A DNA stretch of 64,000 bases from Mytilus californianus (Eukaryota), in the NCBI RefSeq assembly GCF_021869535.1, contig NW_026262701.1, forward strand, positions 67,580,001 through 67,644,000. The letters run 5' to 3'. Under the pieces are notes generated by a model. It had not been told where the DNA came from, ran no database searches, and saw only the letters and a list, made by a program, of their open reading frames with translations. Both the position numbers and the translations under genes were made by a program. Shown one piece after another: positions 38,101 to 49,978 of the stretch (position 1 is the first letter of the stretch; the number at the start of each line of letters is the position of its first letter).

Positions 38101-40504
38101 AGATGATACAGAACCTGTTCCATATCCTTTATATATATAATATAGTTTTAAAACCTGTTATGTTAGTCAATACTGTTTCAGGGGAGATAACTGTAAGGCA
38201 ACAATGAAGTCCCAATGTCCTGTTGTTACTAGTTTTGTTTATGATGATGTTGTAATTACATAATGTATTCATACAGTTAAATATGGGATGGCATAGATTT
38301 CTTAAAAATTTAAACTCATAGATTTGTCTCCTTGGCGTGCTGTTTCTGATGGCAGCCTGAACAAGGTATTAGTTTGTGATTATCAGTTTATGGGGCCCTG
38401 TTGCAACACCTACCTATTGTATTTATTGTTAATTTGTTCTTATCCTAAACATGCATGAAATATTTGCCTCTGGGAGTTAAGCAACAAACAATCAATCAAT
38501 CAATCAGTTTAAGGGGAACCACTAATGATAGGTCAATGATATTTGGTATGCAGTTCTATTAGGATTTGCACATCTCATTTTCTGCCCCTCAGTCATGGTC
38601 TATTGACTTTGAAACCTTTGCTTCGTTTACAGGTTTAAGTTTGTGATCTGGTTAATTTAAGATGAACCACTAATGGTAAGTCAATTATTGTATGCAGATG
38701 TAAAAGCATTGCCATGTCTAATTTCCACAGATATTATGTAGCTTTGCCCTCTCCTTCAGGTTCATTGACATGGAAAATTTTGCATATTTTAGATGTTAAA
38801 GTTTGTTTTCCAGTCAGTCTAAAGGGAACCATTAATGACAAGTCAATGTTATTTGGTATGCAGTTGTCTATTGGCCTTTCTTATTTCCATGGAGTATTTT
38901 GCCCTTCACCTTCAGTCATGGTTCATTGACTTTAAATGATTAGCATAGTTAACATAATAAAGTATTGCCATTTTAATATTTGCTTTATGCTATCAAAATT
39001 ATATAAAGGGGAGACATATCTCTGTGTCAACAGTTTATTACCATATTTTTGCATTTTTAACCTATTATCTTGAAACGTAAATAGATAGATAGAAATTTAA
39101 ATATAAAACATTATCAGCTAGACAAGATCTAATAATTAGTTAACATTGCCCAAAACACCAGTCAACTCCCTATAAATGGGTGTTAATGTTATTGCCCATA
39201 AATGATGAATTTACCAATTTTTTGTTTTTTACCTATTACCTTGAAAACTTTGATAGATATATAAAACTTTAAAATGCAAAAATGATCAGCAGGACAAGAT
39301 CTACAAATTCATCAAGATATATGCTGAAATTGTCAGTGAACTCTTTCAGGAGTTATTGCTATTCAATGACGAATTTTACCCATTTTTGGTTTTTAGTGGA
39401 AATAATAGAAGATCCAGAGAAAATGTAAACAGTAAAAATGATCACAAACAATGAAAGAAAGATTTAAGTCGTGAAATATATTCTAGTCTATATGTTGAAG
39501 AGTGGCTAGTGTTGAAGATGCACATAGACCTAAATGATGAACATACATGCTCTTTAGAACCTCTTGTTTTCTCAAGTAATGCATTTATATACAATAGAAC
39601 TATATCATCATGTTTTTTTTCTTCACCACCATACCAAAAAAGAGTTAAATATAGTTTGAAATTATGCACATAATTCTTCCAATCTTTCCATCAGTGGTTT
39701 CAATCATTTGATTTTTCTTGAGTTGATCTGTATCAAACCTGGTCAAACCTGTACTTAGTGTTTGAAAGGGTTTAATTTTCATATTTTCACCAGGTGAGTG
39801 ATTATGGCTCCTTGGAACCCCTATGTTTTATTTTGAATTTGCTCAAAGAAGACATTTAAGACATGATTATTTTCAAATGAATAAACAAATCAAAGGCCAC
39901 CTTCTTTTATTTCCTGACCCAAATCAGGAGCCTGAAGTCCAGTTGTTGTCTGCCATAACTATTTTTGTTAAATGCTATGCTATTAGCTTTATAAATCAGG
40001 TGGTAAGTTTTCTCTTTTGAATATTACATTTTGTTATCATGGGTCCATTTATAACTTAATATATGGTATAAGTTCTGTTCATTGTAAAGGTCATATACTT
40101 GTTGTTGTTAACATCCCTTTGAGGGATATCATACCACTTCTTCTTACTTTTAAAAGAACTATGCAAAACATTAAAAAAAAACAACTTAAACATCAATTTG
40201 GTAATACATTAAATACCATGGTAAACCTGTAACTCAAAAGTTTTATAATTGACCTCTCCACATAAAGATGATAATGTATTTATCCTTAACAGATCTTACA
40301 TATCAGATTGGTGAAGTATTTGTAAGTTTTACAACAGAAGGAGCAGGAGAAATGTTAGAAAAAGCCAAAGCTAATTTAGAAGAAGAGATCAAAACCATAG
40401 AAAACCAGGCTGAATTTCACAAAAAAATTCTACAAGATCTGAAAGTTGAGCTTTATGCTAAATTTGGAAATGAGATTAATTTAGAAGCTGAAGATGATTC
40501 ATAG
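29150..40504 (+). CDS. PFDN4: Prefoldin subunit 4, 4 exons, 134 aa
   Basis: Exons 29150-29173 (MASPNKPK), 33579-33683 (DKDIKVTFEDQQKINKFARNNARLQDYKEEVKNKK), 38051-38121 (KELQNVEDAENELLMREDDTEPV-P), 40300-40504 (YQIGEVFVSFT...LKVELYAKFGNEINLEAEDDS*). The VTFEDQQKINKFAR, PYQIG.VF and LK..LYAKFG..INLEA motifs are hallmarks of PFDN4. AATAAA at 40542-40547. Exon 1 is the least certain. Confidence 0.96.
29850..32880 (-). mobile_element. Degraded 5'-truncated LINE (CR1/L2-type ORF2: end of APE endonuclease + RT) in PFDN4 intron 1
   Basis: LDL.LT..SDHDIV (32589-32804); DFAKAFDKVP..SGVP.QGTVLG (31382-31732); FADD at ~31340; EQVQKRAARFV (~30880); SFFPRTIRDWN (~30100-30140); (GAA)n tail at 29850-29860. 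Multiple frameshifts. Confidence 0.9.
30272..30690. mobile_element. HINE-like non-autonomous element nested in the LINE
   Basis: ttttttgctccac..(ctgt)n microsatellite..two ~160-bp internal units..ctatggacacattcttgtt; splits the LINE frame EQRK|KRLCML. Confidence 0.75.
33920..35346 (+). mobile_element. Helentron/HINE-like element (tttttatacgaccgca family) in PFDN4 intron 2
   Basis: 5' tttttatacgac with subterminal inverted repeat, 3' hairpin ctgcgctcagcgaagcattttatt, internal ~100-bp, 35-bp and ~130-bp repeats. Homologous to 41575-44335 (rev) and 46127-47213. Confidence 0.8.
34520..34765 (+). repeat. 35-bp tandem array (gcacagtATTGCGCAATagcaagaaatcttcaatt)
   Basis: About six units seen directly; no unique spacers. 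Confidence 0.9.
36167..37071. mobile_element. HINE-like element (aacaagag..gctcacctg ... ggtgagctaaaa family)
   Basis: Shares termini and gggcaataactcc internal units with the 18109, 48423 and 56352 copies. Confidence 0.75.
38122..40299 (+). other. U12-type (minor spliceosome) AT-AC intron, PFDN4 intron 3
   Basis: 5' end ATATCCTTT at 38122, branch site TCCTTAAC at 40283-40290, 3' end AC at 40298-40299. Splicing restores CC|A TAT CAG ATT GGT (P-Y-Q-I-G). Confidence 0.93.
38340..39040 (+). mobile_element. Degraded HINE-like element with ~150-bp internal units
   Basis: Repeated tttaaggggaaccactaatg..tcagtcatgg units ending gagacatatctctgtgtcaacagtttatt; same family at ~44410-45170. Confidence 0.6.
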
Positions 40505-41759
40505 CTATTTGACTCACTCATATAATTTTAGGCCATTTATAAATAAATTCATTTCTGGTTTGTGGTGTTGAGTTATTCACTGTTTAACAGTGTGAGTGTT
40601 TGTCACCCACATAGTATTTTACAGGAACAGATGCTGGGTCCAAGGAAAGTGGAGAGTAATTAATACTGCTGAGCGTTTATGATTTTAAGCAAAGAGTGAT
40701 ATTTTTTTCTTATCATAGAGGGTGCCTATACCACCCCTTCTGATTTATACAAGAATTCTGATTTATAAAGGTAAACCTAAATGAGTTTTAAATGAACCAC
40801 CATTTGTGAAAAGTGAGAATTAATATAAAATATATCATTTACAAAAGACAAATTATTGTTTAAATAACTATTCTTTGAACTTGGGTGGATAGTTGTCTCA
40901 TTGGCAATCATACCACATCTCCTTATTTTTTTATTAATAGTAACTTTTTAATTAGACCACAATACTTGTGATTATGCCAATCAACTGAACACAGAGACAG
41001 TCTTTATCATTAAAGAAGTTGTACCATATATCATTCACAATGTCTGTTTTTCAGTCCATCTTCCAACAAATATTGATATTTCCATCACACTTTTCTTAGG
41101 AACTACCTAAAGAGATTAAGTCAATATTTGGTCAGCAGCTTGGCAATGATGAGTTGTTACACCTACTCGCACCATGTTTTTATACAATTTATGAGTGTGT
41201 ATGCTAAGCATGACAACACATGCATTTTTATCTCGCCTTAACAGAGTAAAAAAGCGAGCCTAAGTACAAAAATAAGAAGATGTGGTATAATTGCCAATGA
41301 GACAACTGTCCACTAGAGACCAAATGACGTAATATTTAACAGCTATAGGTCACTGTACAGTCTTCAACAATGTGGAAAACCCATACCCCACAGTCAGCTA
41401 TAAAGGCCCAGAAATGACAAATGTAAAACAATTCAAACAACAACCACTGAATTACAGACTCCTTACTTGGGACAGACACATATAGAATCTGGCAGGGTTA
41501 ACTTAGTTTGAAGGCGCCAACCCTCCCTTAACCTGGGACAGTGGTGTAACAGTACAACATAAGAACAAACTATAAATAAAATGCTCCGCAGGGCGCAGCT
41601 TGATACGACCGCAGAGGTCGAACCCTGAACAGTTGGGGCAAGTATGGACACAACATTCAAGCTTGATGCAGCTCTGAATTTGGATTGTGATTAAATATTT
41701 GACACAGCATAGGTTTCTGACACAGAATGAATGTGGTCTAAGAACTTAAAAATTTTAAA

Positions 41760-43150
41760 TTGGACATTCACCTATTATGGTCCAATATCCAAAATCTAAA
41801 TACATGGTTAGATTCAGCATATCAAAGAACTCCAAGAATTCAATTTTTGATGAAATCAAACAAAGTTTAATTTTGGACCCTTTTGATCTCAATGTGGACA
41901 AAAATGATAACAGGGCCCAAAAATCAAAAATCTAAATACATGGTTAGATTCAGCATATCAAAGAACCCCATATATTCAATTTTTGTTGAAATCAAACAAA
42001 GTTTAATTTTGGACCCCGATTTGGACCAACTTGAAAACTGGGCCCATAATCAAAAATCTAAATACATGTTTAGATTCAGCATATCAAAGAACCATAAAAA
42101 TTCAATTTTTGTTAAAATCAAACTAAGTTTAATTTTGGACCCTTTGGACCTTTATGTAGACCAATTTGCAAACGGAACCAAAAATTAAGAATCTAAATAC
42201 ACGGTTAGATTCGGCATATCAAAGAACCCCAATAATTCAATTTTTGATGAAATCAAACAAAGTTAAATTTTGGACCCTTTGGACTTCAATGTGGACCAAT
42301 TTAAAAATGGGGCCCAAAATCCAAAAACTTAATACACGGTTAGATTCAGCATATTACAGAACCCCATATATTCAATTTTTGTTGAAATCAAACAAAGTTT
42401 AATTTTGGACCCCGATTCGGACCAACTTGAAAACTGGGCCCATAATCAAAAATCTAAATACATGGTTAGATTCAGCATATCAAAGAACCCCATATATTCA
42501 ATTTTTGTTGAAATCAAACAAAGTTTAATTTTGGACCCCGATTTGGACCAACTTGAAAACTGGGCCCATAATCAAAAATCTAAATACATGGTTAGATTCA
42601 GCATATCAAAGAACCCCATATATTCAATTTTTGATGAAATCAAACAAAGTTTAATTTTGGACCCTTTTGATCTCAATGTGGACAAAGTTGATAACGGGGC
42701 CCAACAATCAAAAATCTAAATACATGGTTAGATTCAGCATATCAAAGAACCCCATATATTCAATTTTTGTTGAAATCAAACAAAGTTTAATTTTGGACCC
42801 CGATTTGGACCAACTTGAAAACTGGGCCCATAATCAAAAATCTAAATACATGGTTAGATTCAGCATATCAAAGAACCCCATATATTCAATTTTTGTTGAA
42901 ATCAAACTAAGTTTAATTTTGGACCCTTTGGACCTTTATGTAGACCAATTTGCAAACGGAACCAAAAATTAAGAATCTAAATACACGGTTAGATTCGGCA
43001 TATCAAAGAACCCCAATAATTCAATTTTTGATGAAATCAAACAAAGTTAAATTTTGGACCCTTTGGACCTCAATGTGGACCAATTTAAAAAACGGGGCCC
43101 AAAATCCAAAAACTTAATACACGGTTAGATTCAGCATATTAAAGAACCCC
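41760..43150. repeat. ~130-bp tandem array with higher-order structure
   Basis: Ten or more monomers sharing ggttagattcagcatatcaaagaacccc..tgaaatcaaacaaagtttaattttggaccc. Confidence 0.92.
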
Positions 43151-43219
43151 AAGAATTCAAGAATAAAACCCCATTGAAATTGATCAAGAAATAAGCAATT
43201 TATACGAAGTATCTTCTTT

Positions 43220-43440
43220 TGCACAATACTGTGCAATTGATTATTTCTTGCTATTGCGCAATACTGTACAATTGACAATTTCTTGCTATTGCGCAATATT
43301 GTGCTATTGGATATTTCTTGCTATTGCGCAATACTGTGCAATTGAAGATTTCTTGCTATTGCGCAATACTGTGCAATTGAAGATTTCTTGCTATTGTGCA
43401 ATACTGTGCAATTGAAAATTTCTTGCTATTGCACAATACT
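43220..43440 (-). repeat. 35-bp tandem array with ATTGCGCAAT palindromes
   Basis: Reverse complement of the 34520-34765 unit; about six units. Confidence 0.9.
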
Positions 43441-44241
43441 TATTATATAATAATTTACACATCCTGTTTGGTGTGCATCTCCTACCATATCATTATTATT
43501 TGCTTTTATAAATAAATCAGAAATAACCAACTTAAAATGGAAAATTTTAAAAGAAAAAAAAAAGGAAAAAAAGAAAAAAAAAAGAAAAAAAAAAATCCCC
43601 CCCCAAAATTTTTTGAACCCCCTTATGATTCATCACCCCCAAACTCAATCTCAGCCTTCCCTTTGTGGTATGGTACCTTGCAGTACAATTTCAGAGAGAT
43701 CCATACACTTGAACACAAGTTATTGTCAGGAAACTATAAAAATGCTTATTTCTGGCCCCTTTTTGGCCCCCAATTCCTAAACGTTTCGGGCAATTACCCC
43801 CAAACTCAATTCCAGCTTTCCCTTTGTGATATGGAACCTTGTAGTACAATTTCAGAAATATCCAAACACTTACACACAAGTTATTGTCATGAAACTAGAA
43901 AAGTGCTTGTTTTTTGCCCCTTTTTTGGCCCCTAAATCCTAACATTTTGAGGCAATTACCCCCAAAATCAATTACAGCCTTCCCTTTGTGATATGGAACC
44001 TTGTTGTACAATTCTATAAAGATCCATACACTTACACACAAGTTATTGTCTGGAAGTTACAAAAATGCTTATTATTGGCCCCTTTTTGGCCCCTAATTCC
44101 TTAACTGTTGGTACCATAACCCCCAAAATCAATCCCAACCTTCCTTTCATGGTATTGAACCTTATGGTAAAATTTCATGGAGATCCATTCACTTAAACTA
44201 AAGTTAGAGTGCGAAAACCAATGTGTCTTCGGACGACGCCG

Positions 44242-44278
<37 letters not shown>

Positions 44279-44409
44279 CCAACGTCATACCAATATACGA
44301 CCAAAAAATTTTCAATTTTTGCGGTCGTATAAAAACAGTTGAAAAGGGCTTATCGATACAAAGCAGAAATACATTTGCGGTATGCTGTTTTCTACAAAAG
44401 CGACATCAA

Positions 44410-45170
44410 CAAGGTATTAGTTTGTGATTAGGTCAGTTCATGGGGAACCACTATTGGTAGGTCAGTGATATTTGTATGCAGTTGTATTAGTGTTGGAACA
44501 TCTCGTTTCCATGCAGATTATTTGGCCCAGCCCCCTCAGTCATGGTCTATTGACTTTCGAAAATTTTGCTCAGTGTAAAGGTATTAGTTTGTGATTAGAT
44601 CAGTTTAAGGGGAACTACTAGTGGTAGTTCAGTGGTATTTAGTATGTAGATGCATTTGCATTGGCACATCTCATTTCCATATACTAGTAGATTATTTGGC
44701 TCAGCCCCCTCAGTCATGGTCTATAGAGTTTGAAACTTTTGCTCAGTTTACATGTATTAGTTTGTGTGATTATATCAGTTTAAGAGGAACCACTAATGTT
44801 AATTCAATGATATTCAATATGCAATTGTTATAGCATTTGCAAGTCTCTTGTCCATGGAGATTATATTGCCCGATCCCCTCATCATTGACTTTGAAATTTT
44901 TACATTGTTTACGAGTTATGTTAAAGTTTGCTTTCTTAAGTGTAAGGGGGCATAACTTATGATAAGTCAATGGTACTTGGTATGCAGTTTTATCATTGGC
45001 AATTCTCATTTCCTTGGAGGTTATTTGGTCCTGCACATTAAGTCATGGTTCATTGACTTGAATGTTTTTCACAATTTACATGTTTAAATATTGCCGTTTG
45101 GATTCAATATTTGCGTTATACTACCAAAATTACAAAAAGACGAGACATATCTCTGTGTCAACAGTTTATT
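44410..45170 (+). mobile_element. Degraded HINE-like element (same family as 38340-39040)
   Basis: Tandem ~155-bp units (gtattagtttgtgattag..ccctcagtcatggtctat) ending gagacatatctctgtgtcaacagtttatt. Confidence 0.6.
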
Positions 45171-45649
45171 GTTCAATTGTTGCAAATTTTGATAAGATCT
45201 TTACTATTTAAGCGATTCGAGAAATAAATCTGACCTTTTGTACCTAGAGATCACAAACGCTTCGAGGAAAACCATTTGATTTTCTGGAGGAGGCAGGAGG
45301 ATTTTTAAAATAAATAACTTGGCCTTGTGAGAAGTAAAAATTAATAACTGCACAAGACAGGATGGAAATGAATATTCTGCAACACAAAATGCAGGAAACA
45401 AATGTGTACAAAAGTAAAAATAAGTTTTTGTTGCGGCACAGCGTGAAAAAGTTTTTAATCTCCATTGTTTAGGTTTGAAAGTTCCTAATTAAGATAAAAC
45501 TAGAAAAGCGTATCAGATGCACAAAATTGGTATTGTGTTTATTTCTTTTTTTTGCAAAAACTCTAGTAAATAAAGAAAAACTAATGAAAGTTAAATTGAT
45601 TCAGTAAGAGAAATTGTCAGTCTTAATTGCAGTGACCACAATCAGTTTA

Positions 45650-45960
45650 ACACCAGCGACATATGGAGTATATATTTCCCAGTTGATGCAATATTCCAGA
45701 GCTTGCTTTTCCTATCATGATTTCTTTGATCGTGCATGGGTTGCCGCTAACCAGGAAACCAATGAATCAAGGGTTCCAAGAAGTGAAGTTAAAATCATCC
45801 CTTTGAAAGTTTTACGGCGGTCATCAAAATCTAGTTTACCATTACAGAATATTTGTTAACCCTAACCGGGACCACAGTCCTGTCCTCCTCCATGATAGTG
45901 ACATCACTAAATGGGACTGATCACCTGATTTGTAATAACCATCAGCAACATGTGGAGCAG
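45650..45960 (+). mobile_element. Penelope-like RT thumb fragment
   Basis: PATYGVYISQLMQYSRAC..YHDF, homologous to the ~17500 (rev) and 49795 copies. Confidence 0.7.
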
Positions 45961-46126
45961 GATCTGCCAACATTGTGTTGCTCACATCTATAGTATCTGT
46001 GAAGAGGGCCAAACTACAGAAACTTACATGTAACATGTAATGAACCATGGATAGGAGGTTAAGAACAAATTATTCCTGCCAGGTTGTTGTTTGTTGATGT
46101 GGTTCATAAGTGTTTCTCTTTTCTCG

Positions 46127-47213
46127 TTTTTATACGACCGCAAAAAAATTTTGCGGTCGTATCTTGGTATGACGGCGTTGTCTTCGTCGTCCGAAGACAC
46201 ATTAGTTTTCGCACTTTAACTTTAGTTTAAGTGAATTGATCTCTATGAAATTTTACCATAAGGTTCAATACCACAAAAGGAAGGTTGGGATTGATTTTGG
46301 AGGTTATGGTACCAACGGTTAAGGAAAAAGGGGCCAAAAATAAGCATTTTTGTAACTTCCAGACATAACTTGTGTGTTAGTGTATGGATCTCTCTGACAT
46401 TGTACCACAAGGTTCCATCTCACAAAGGGAATGCTGGGATTGATTTTGGGGGTAATTGCCTCAAAATTTTAGGAATTAGGGGCCAAAAAGGGGCAAAAAA
46501 CAAGCATTTTTCTAGTTTATGACAATAACTTGTGTGTTAGTGTATGGATCTTTATAGAATTGTACAACAAGGTTCCATATCACAAAGGGAAAGCTGGAAT
46601 TGAGTTTGGGAGTAATTGCCCATAACGTTTAGGAATAAGGGGCAAAAAATAAGCATTTTTCAAGTTTCCAGACAATAACTTGTGTTCAATTGTATGGATC
46701 TCTCTGAAAGTGTACTACAAGGTTCCATATCACAAAGGGAAAGCTGGGTTTGAGTTTGGGGATAATTGCCCTAAACGTTTAGGAATTTGGGGCCAAAAAG
46801 GGGCCTAAAAACAAACATTTTTCTAATTTCCAGACAATAACTTGTGTTCAAGTGTATGGATCTCTCTGAAATTGTACTGCAAGGTACCATACCACAATGG
46901 GAGGGCTGGGATTGAGTTTGGGGTTGATGAATCATAAGGGGGTTCAAAATTGGGGGGGGGGGGGGGGGTCCTTTTTTTCCTTTAAAATTTTCCATTTCAA
47001 ATTGGTTATTTCTGATTTATATATAAAAGCAAATAATGATATGGTTTGAATAGGTAAATTAAAATTTTTTAAGTTCTTAGACCACATTCATTCTGTGTCA
47101 GAAACCTATGCTGTGCTGTATCAAGCTTGAATGTTGTGTCCATACTTGCCCCAATTGTTCAGAGTTCGGCCTCTGCGGTCGTATCAAGCTGCGCCCAGCG
47201 GAGCATTTCATTT
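46127..47213 (+). mobile_element. Helentron/HINE-like element (tttttatacgaccgca family), internally deleted
   Basis: Same termini as the 33920 copy; retains ~100-bp units but lacks the 35-bp and 130-bp arrays. Confidence 0.85.
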
Positions 47214-48422
47214 ATATAGATTTAATAGACCTTTGGTTTTCCTGTTTGAATTGTTTAACATTAAATTTTTTTTTGGCCCTTTATAGCTTGCTGTTCAGTG
47301 TGAGCCAAGGCTAAATGTTGAAGGCTGTACTTTGTTTAATTAAATTGTATAACTGTTTACTTTTTACACATTGTGACTTGGATGGAGAGTTGTCTCATTG
47401 GCACTCATACCACATCTTCTTATTTCTATGTACACTTTAAAATAATTCCATACACCAAATATAGTTGACCTATATATACTAATATAGTATTTGAAAAACA
47501 GACCAAAACACAAAAACTTAACATTGATCAATGAACCATGAAAATGAGGTCAATGTCAGATGAAACCTGCCAGACTGATATGTACCCCTTATAATCATTC
47601 CATACACCACAGATACATTTAGTTTACCGACTGCTTAAAGTGTCTGCGAAACAGACCTAATCATGTAACTTTAACCTTGATCACTGATCCATGAAATGAG
47701 GTCAAGGTCAGTTGAACCCTGTCTGACAGACATTTCAAGGAACCCATATACCAATAAAATTTAGAATGGAAATGGGTAATGTGTCAAAGAGACAACAACC
47801 CGACCAAAGAGCATAAAACAGCCCAAGGCCACCATTGGGTCTTGAACACAGCGAGAAAATCCTGCACCCAGAGGCTCGCTTCAGCTGACCCCTAAACAAA
47901 AATGTGTACTAGTTCAGTGAAAATGGACATCACAATAAACTCTGAAACATATAAATGAACTAAAATTAAAAAAACAAAGGCCAGAGGCTTCTGACTATGA
48001 ACAGACACAAAAATGCAGTGGGGTTAATCATGTTTTGTGAGATCTCAACCCTCCCCTATACCTCTAGCCAATGTAGAATAAACAAACACACAGCAACTTC
48101 AAAATTTAGTTATCCTCCTTCTCTTAATAAGTGAGAAATACACATGACAAAAATCTATAATTAATTTTCAAATATTCGCTGAACCATGAAAATGAGGTCA
48201 ACAACAATGGACTTATGAGGGAAGGAACTTCGTAACATAAGGTATCTACTTTATTGTATGAACTTACTATGAAGCATCTAAGTCTTCTTTCTACCTTCTG
48301 AAATATATAGCTTTATACAAATCTTCTTATATCTTTATACAAATAATTTAAGGCCGCTGCTGGATAGTAATCCCTATGTCATGTATGTCTCACTCTGCGA
48401 ATTTCTTCACAGGCAAAACAAT

Positions 48423-49709
48423 AACTAGAGGCTCTAAAGAGCCTGTGTCGCTCACCTTGGTCTATGTGCATATTAAACAAAGGACACAGATGGATTCATG
48501 ACAAAATTGTGTTTTGGTGATGGTGATGTGTTTGTAGATCTTACTTTACTGAACATTCTTGCTCCTTACTATTATCTCTATCTATAATGAACTTGGCCCG
48601 GTAGTTACAGTGGAAAATACTTAGTAAAAATTTACAAAAATTTACAAAATTTATGAAAATTGTAAAAAATTGACTATAAAGGGCAATAACTCCTTAAGGG
48701 TTCAATTGACAATTTTGGTCATGTTGCCTTATTTGTAGATCTAACTTTGCTGTACATTATTGCTGTTAACAGTTTATCTCTATCTATAACAATATTTAAG
48801 ATAATAACCAAAAGCTGCAAAATTTTCTTAAAATTACCAATTCAGGGGCAGCAACCCAACAACAGGTTGCCTGATTGGTCTGAAAATTTCAGGGCAGATA
48901 GATCTTGACCTAATGAACAATTTTATCCTCATCATATTTGCTCTAAATGCTTTGGTTTCAGAGATATGAGCCAAAAACTGCATTTTACCCTATGTACTAT
49001 TTTTTAGCCATGTCAGCCATCTTGGTTCGCGGGCGGGTTCATCGGACACATTTTTTAAACTAGATACCCTAATGATGATTGTGGACAAGTTTGGTTAAAT
49101 TTGTCTTAGTAGTTTCAGAGGAGAAGATTTTTGTAAAAAATTACAAAAAATTACGAAAAATGGTTAAAAATTGACTATAAAGGGCAATAACTCCTTAAGG
49201 GGTCAACTGACCATTTTGGTCACGTTGCCTTATTTGTAGATCTTACTTTGTTGAACATTATTGCTGTTTACAGTTTATCTCTATCTATAATAATGTTCAA
49301 GATAATAACCAAAAACGGCAAAATTTCCTTAAAATTACCAATTCAGGGGCAGCAACCCAACAACGGGTTGTCCGATTCATCTGAAATTTTCAGGGCAGAT
49401 AGATCTTGACCTGATAAACAATTTTACCCCATGTCAGATTTGCTCTAAATGCTTTGGTTTCAGAGATATAAGCCAAAATCTACATTTTACCCCTATGTTC
49501 TATTTTTAGCCATGGCGGCCATCTTGTTTGGTTGGCCGGGTCACCGGACACATTTTTTAAACTAGATACCCCAATGATGATTGTGGCCAAGTTTGGTCAA
49601 ATTTGGCCCAGTAGTTTCAGAGGAGAAGATTTTTGTAAAAGTTTACGGACGACGGACGCCAAGTGATGAGAAAAGCTCACTTGACCTTTCAGGTCAGGTG
49701 AGCTAAAAA
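48423..49709. mobile_element. HINE-like element (aactagaggctctaaagagcc ... ggtgagctaaaaa) with a duplicated ~530-bp internal block
   Basis: Both termini intact; block 48640-49140 repeats at 49140-49645. Confidence 0.85.
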
Positions 49710-49794
49710 TGAGGAGATGGGTATGATTGCCAATTTGCCAATGACACAACTATCCAACAGAGTTAAAATGAATGTTAACTGTAAAGGCAACAGC

Positions 49795-49978
49795 CTGCAT
49801 ACGGAGTATATATCTCCCAGGGCTTGTATTTCCTATCATGATTTCCTTGATAGAGGGTTGCTGCTCACAAGGAAGCTATTAAACCAAGAGTTCCAATTGG
49901 TGAAGTTGAAATCATCCCTTCATAAGTTTTACAGACGCCATTACGAGTTGGTTGACCGTTATGGAATATCCGTTTCAC
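49795..49978 (+). mobile_element. Penelope-like RT thumb fragment
   Basis: cctgcatacggagtatatatctcccag..RACISYHDFLDRGLLLTRKLLNQEF..KFYRRHYELVDRYGISVSQ. Confidence 0.75.

Larger units (their letters stand above)
41575..44335 (-). mobile_element. Helentron/HINE-like element carrying ~130-bp, 35-bp and ~100-bp arrays and a (GAC)n microsatellite
   Basis: Reverse complement of the 33920 element: aaataaaatgctccgcagggcgcagc ... gcggtcgtataaaaa; (GAC)n at 44223-44275. Confidence 0.85.

Noticed and set aside
40268-40299. ORF-track start MIMYLSLTDLT, or the AG acceptor at 40291-40292, for PFDN4
   Set aside because: This is intronic sequence containing the U12 branch site. The AG acceptor gives a frameshift and stop (TCT TAC ATA TCA GAT TGG TGA), and there is no GT donor at 38122.
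41883-42972. Four 78-104 aa repetitive ORFs
   Set aside because: Read-through of the ~130-bp tandem array inside a HINE.
44209-44427. Poly-Asp ORF
   Set aside because: (GAC)n microsatellite typical of the element's 5' region.
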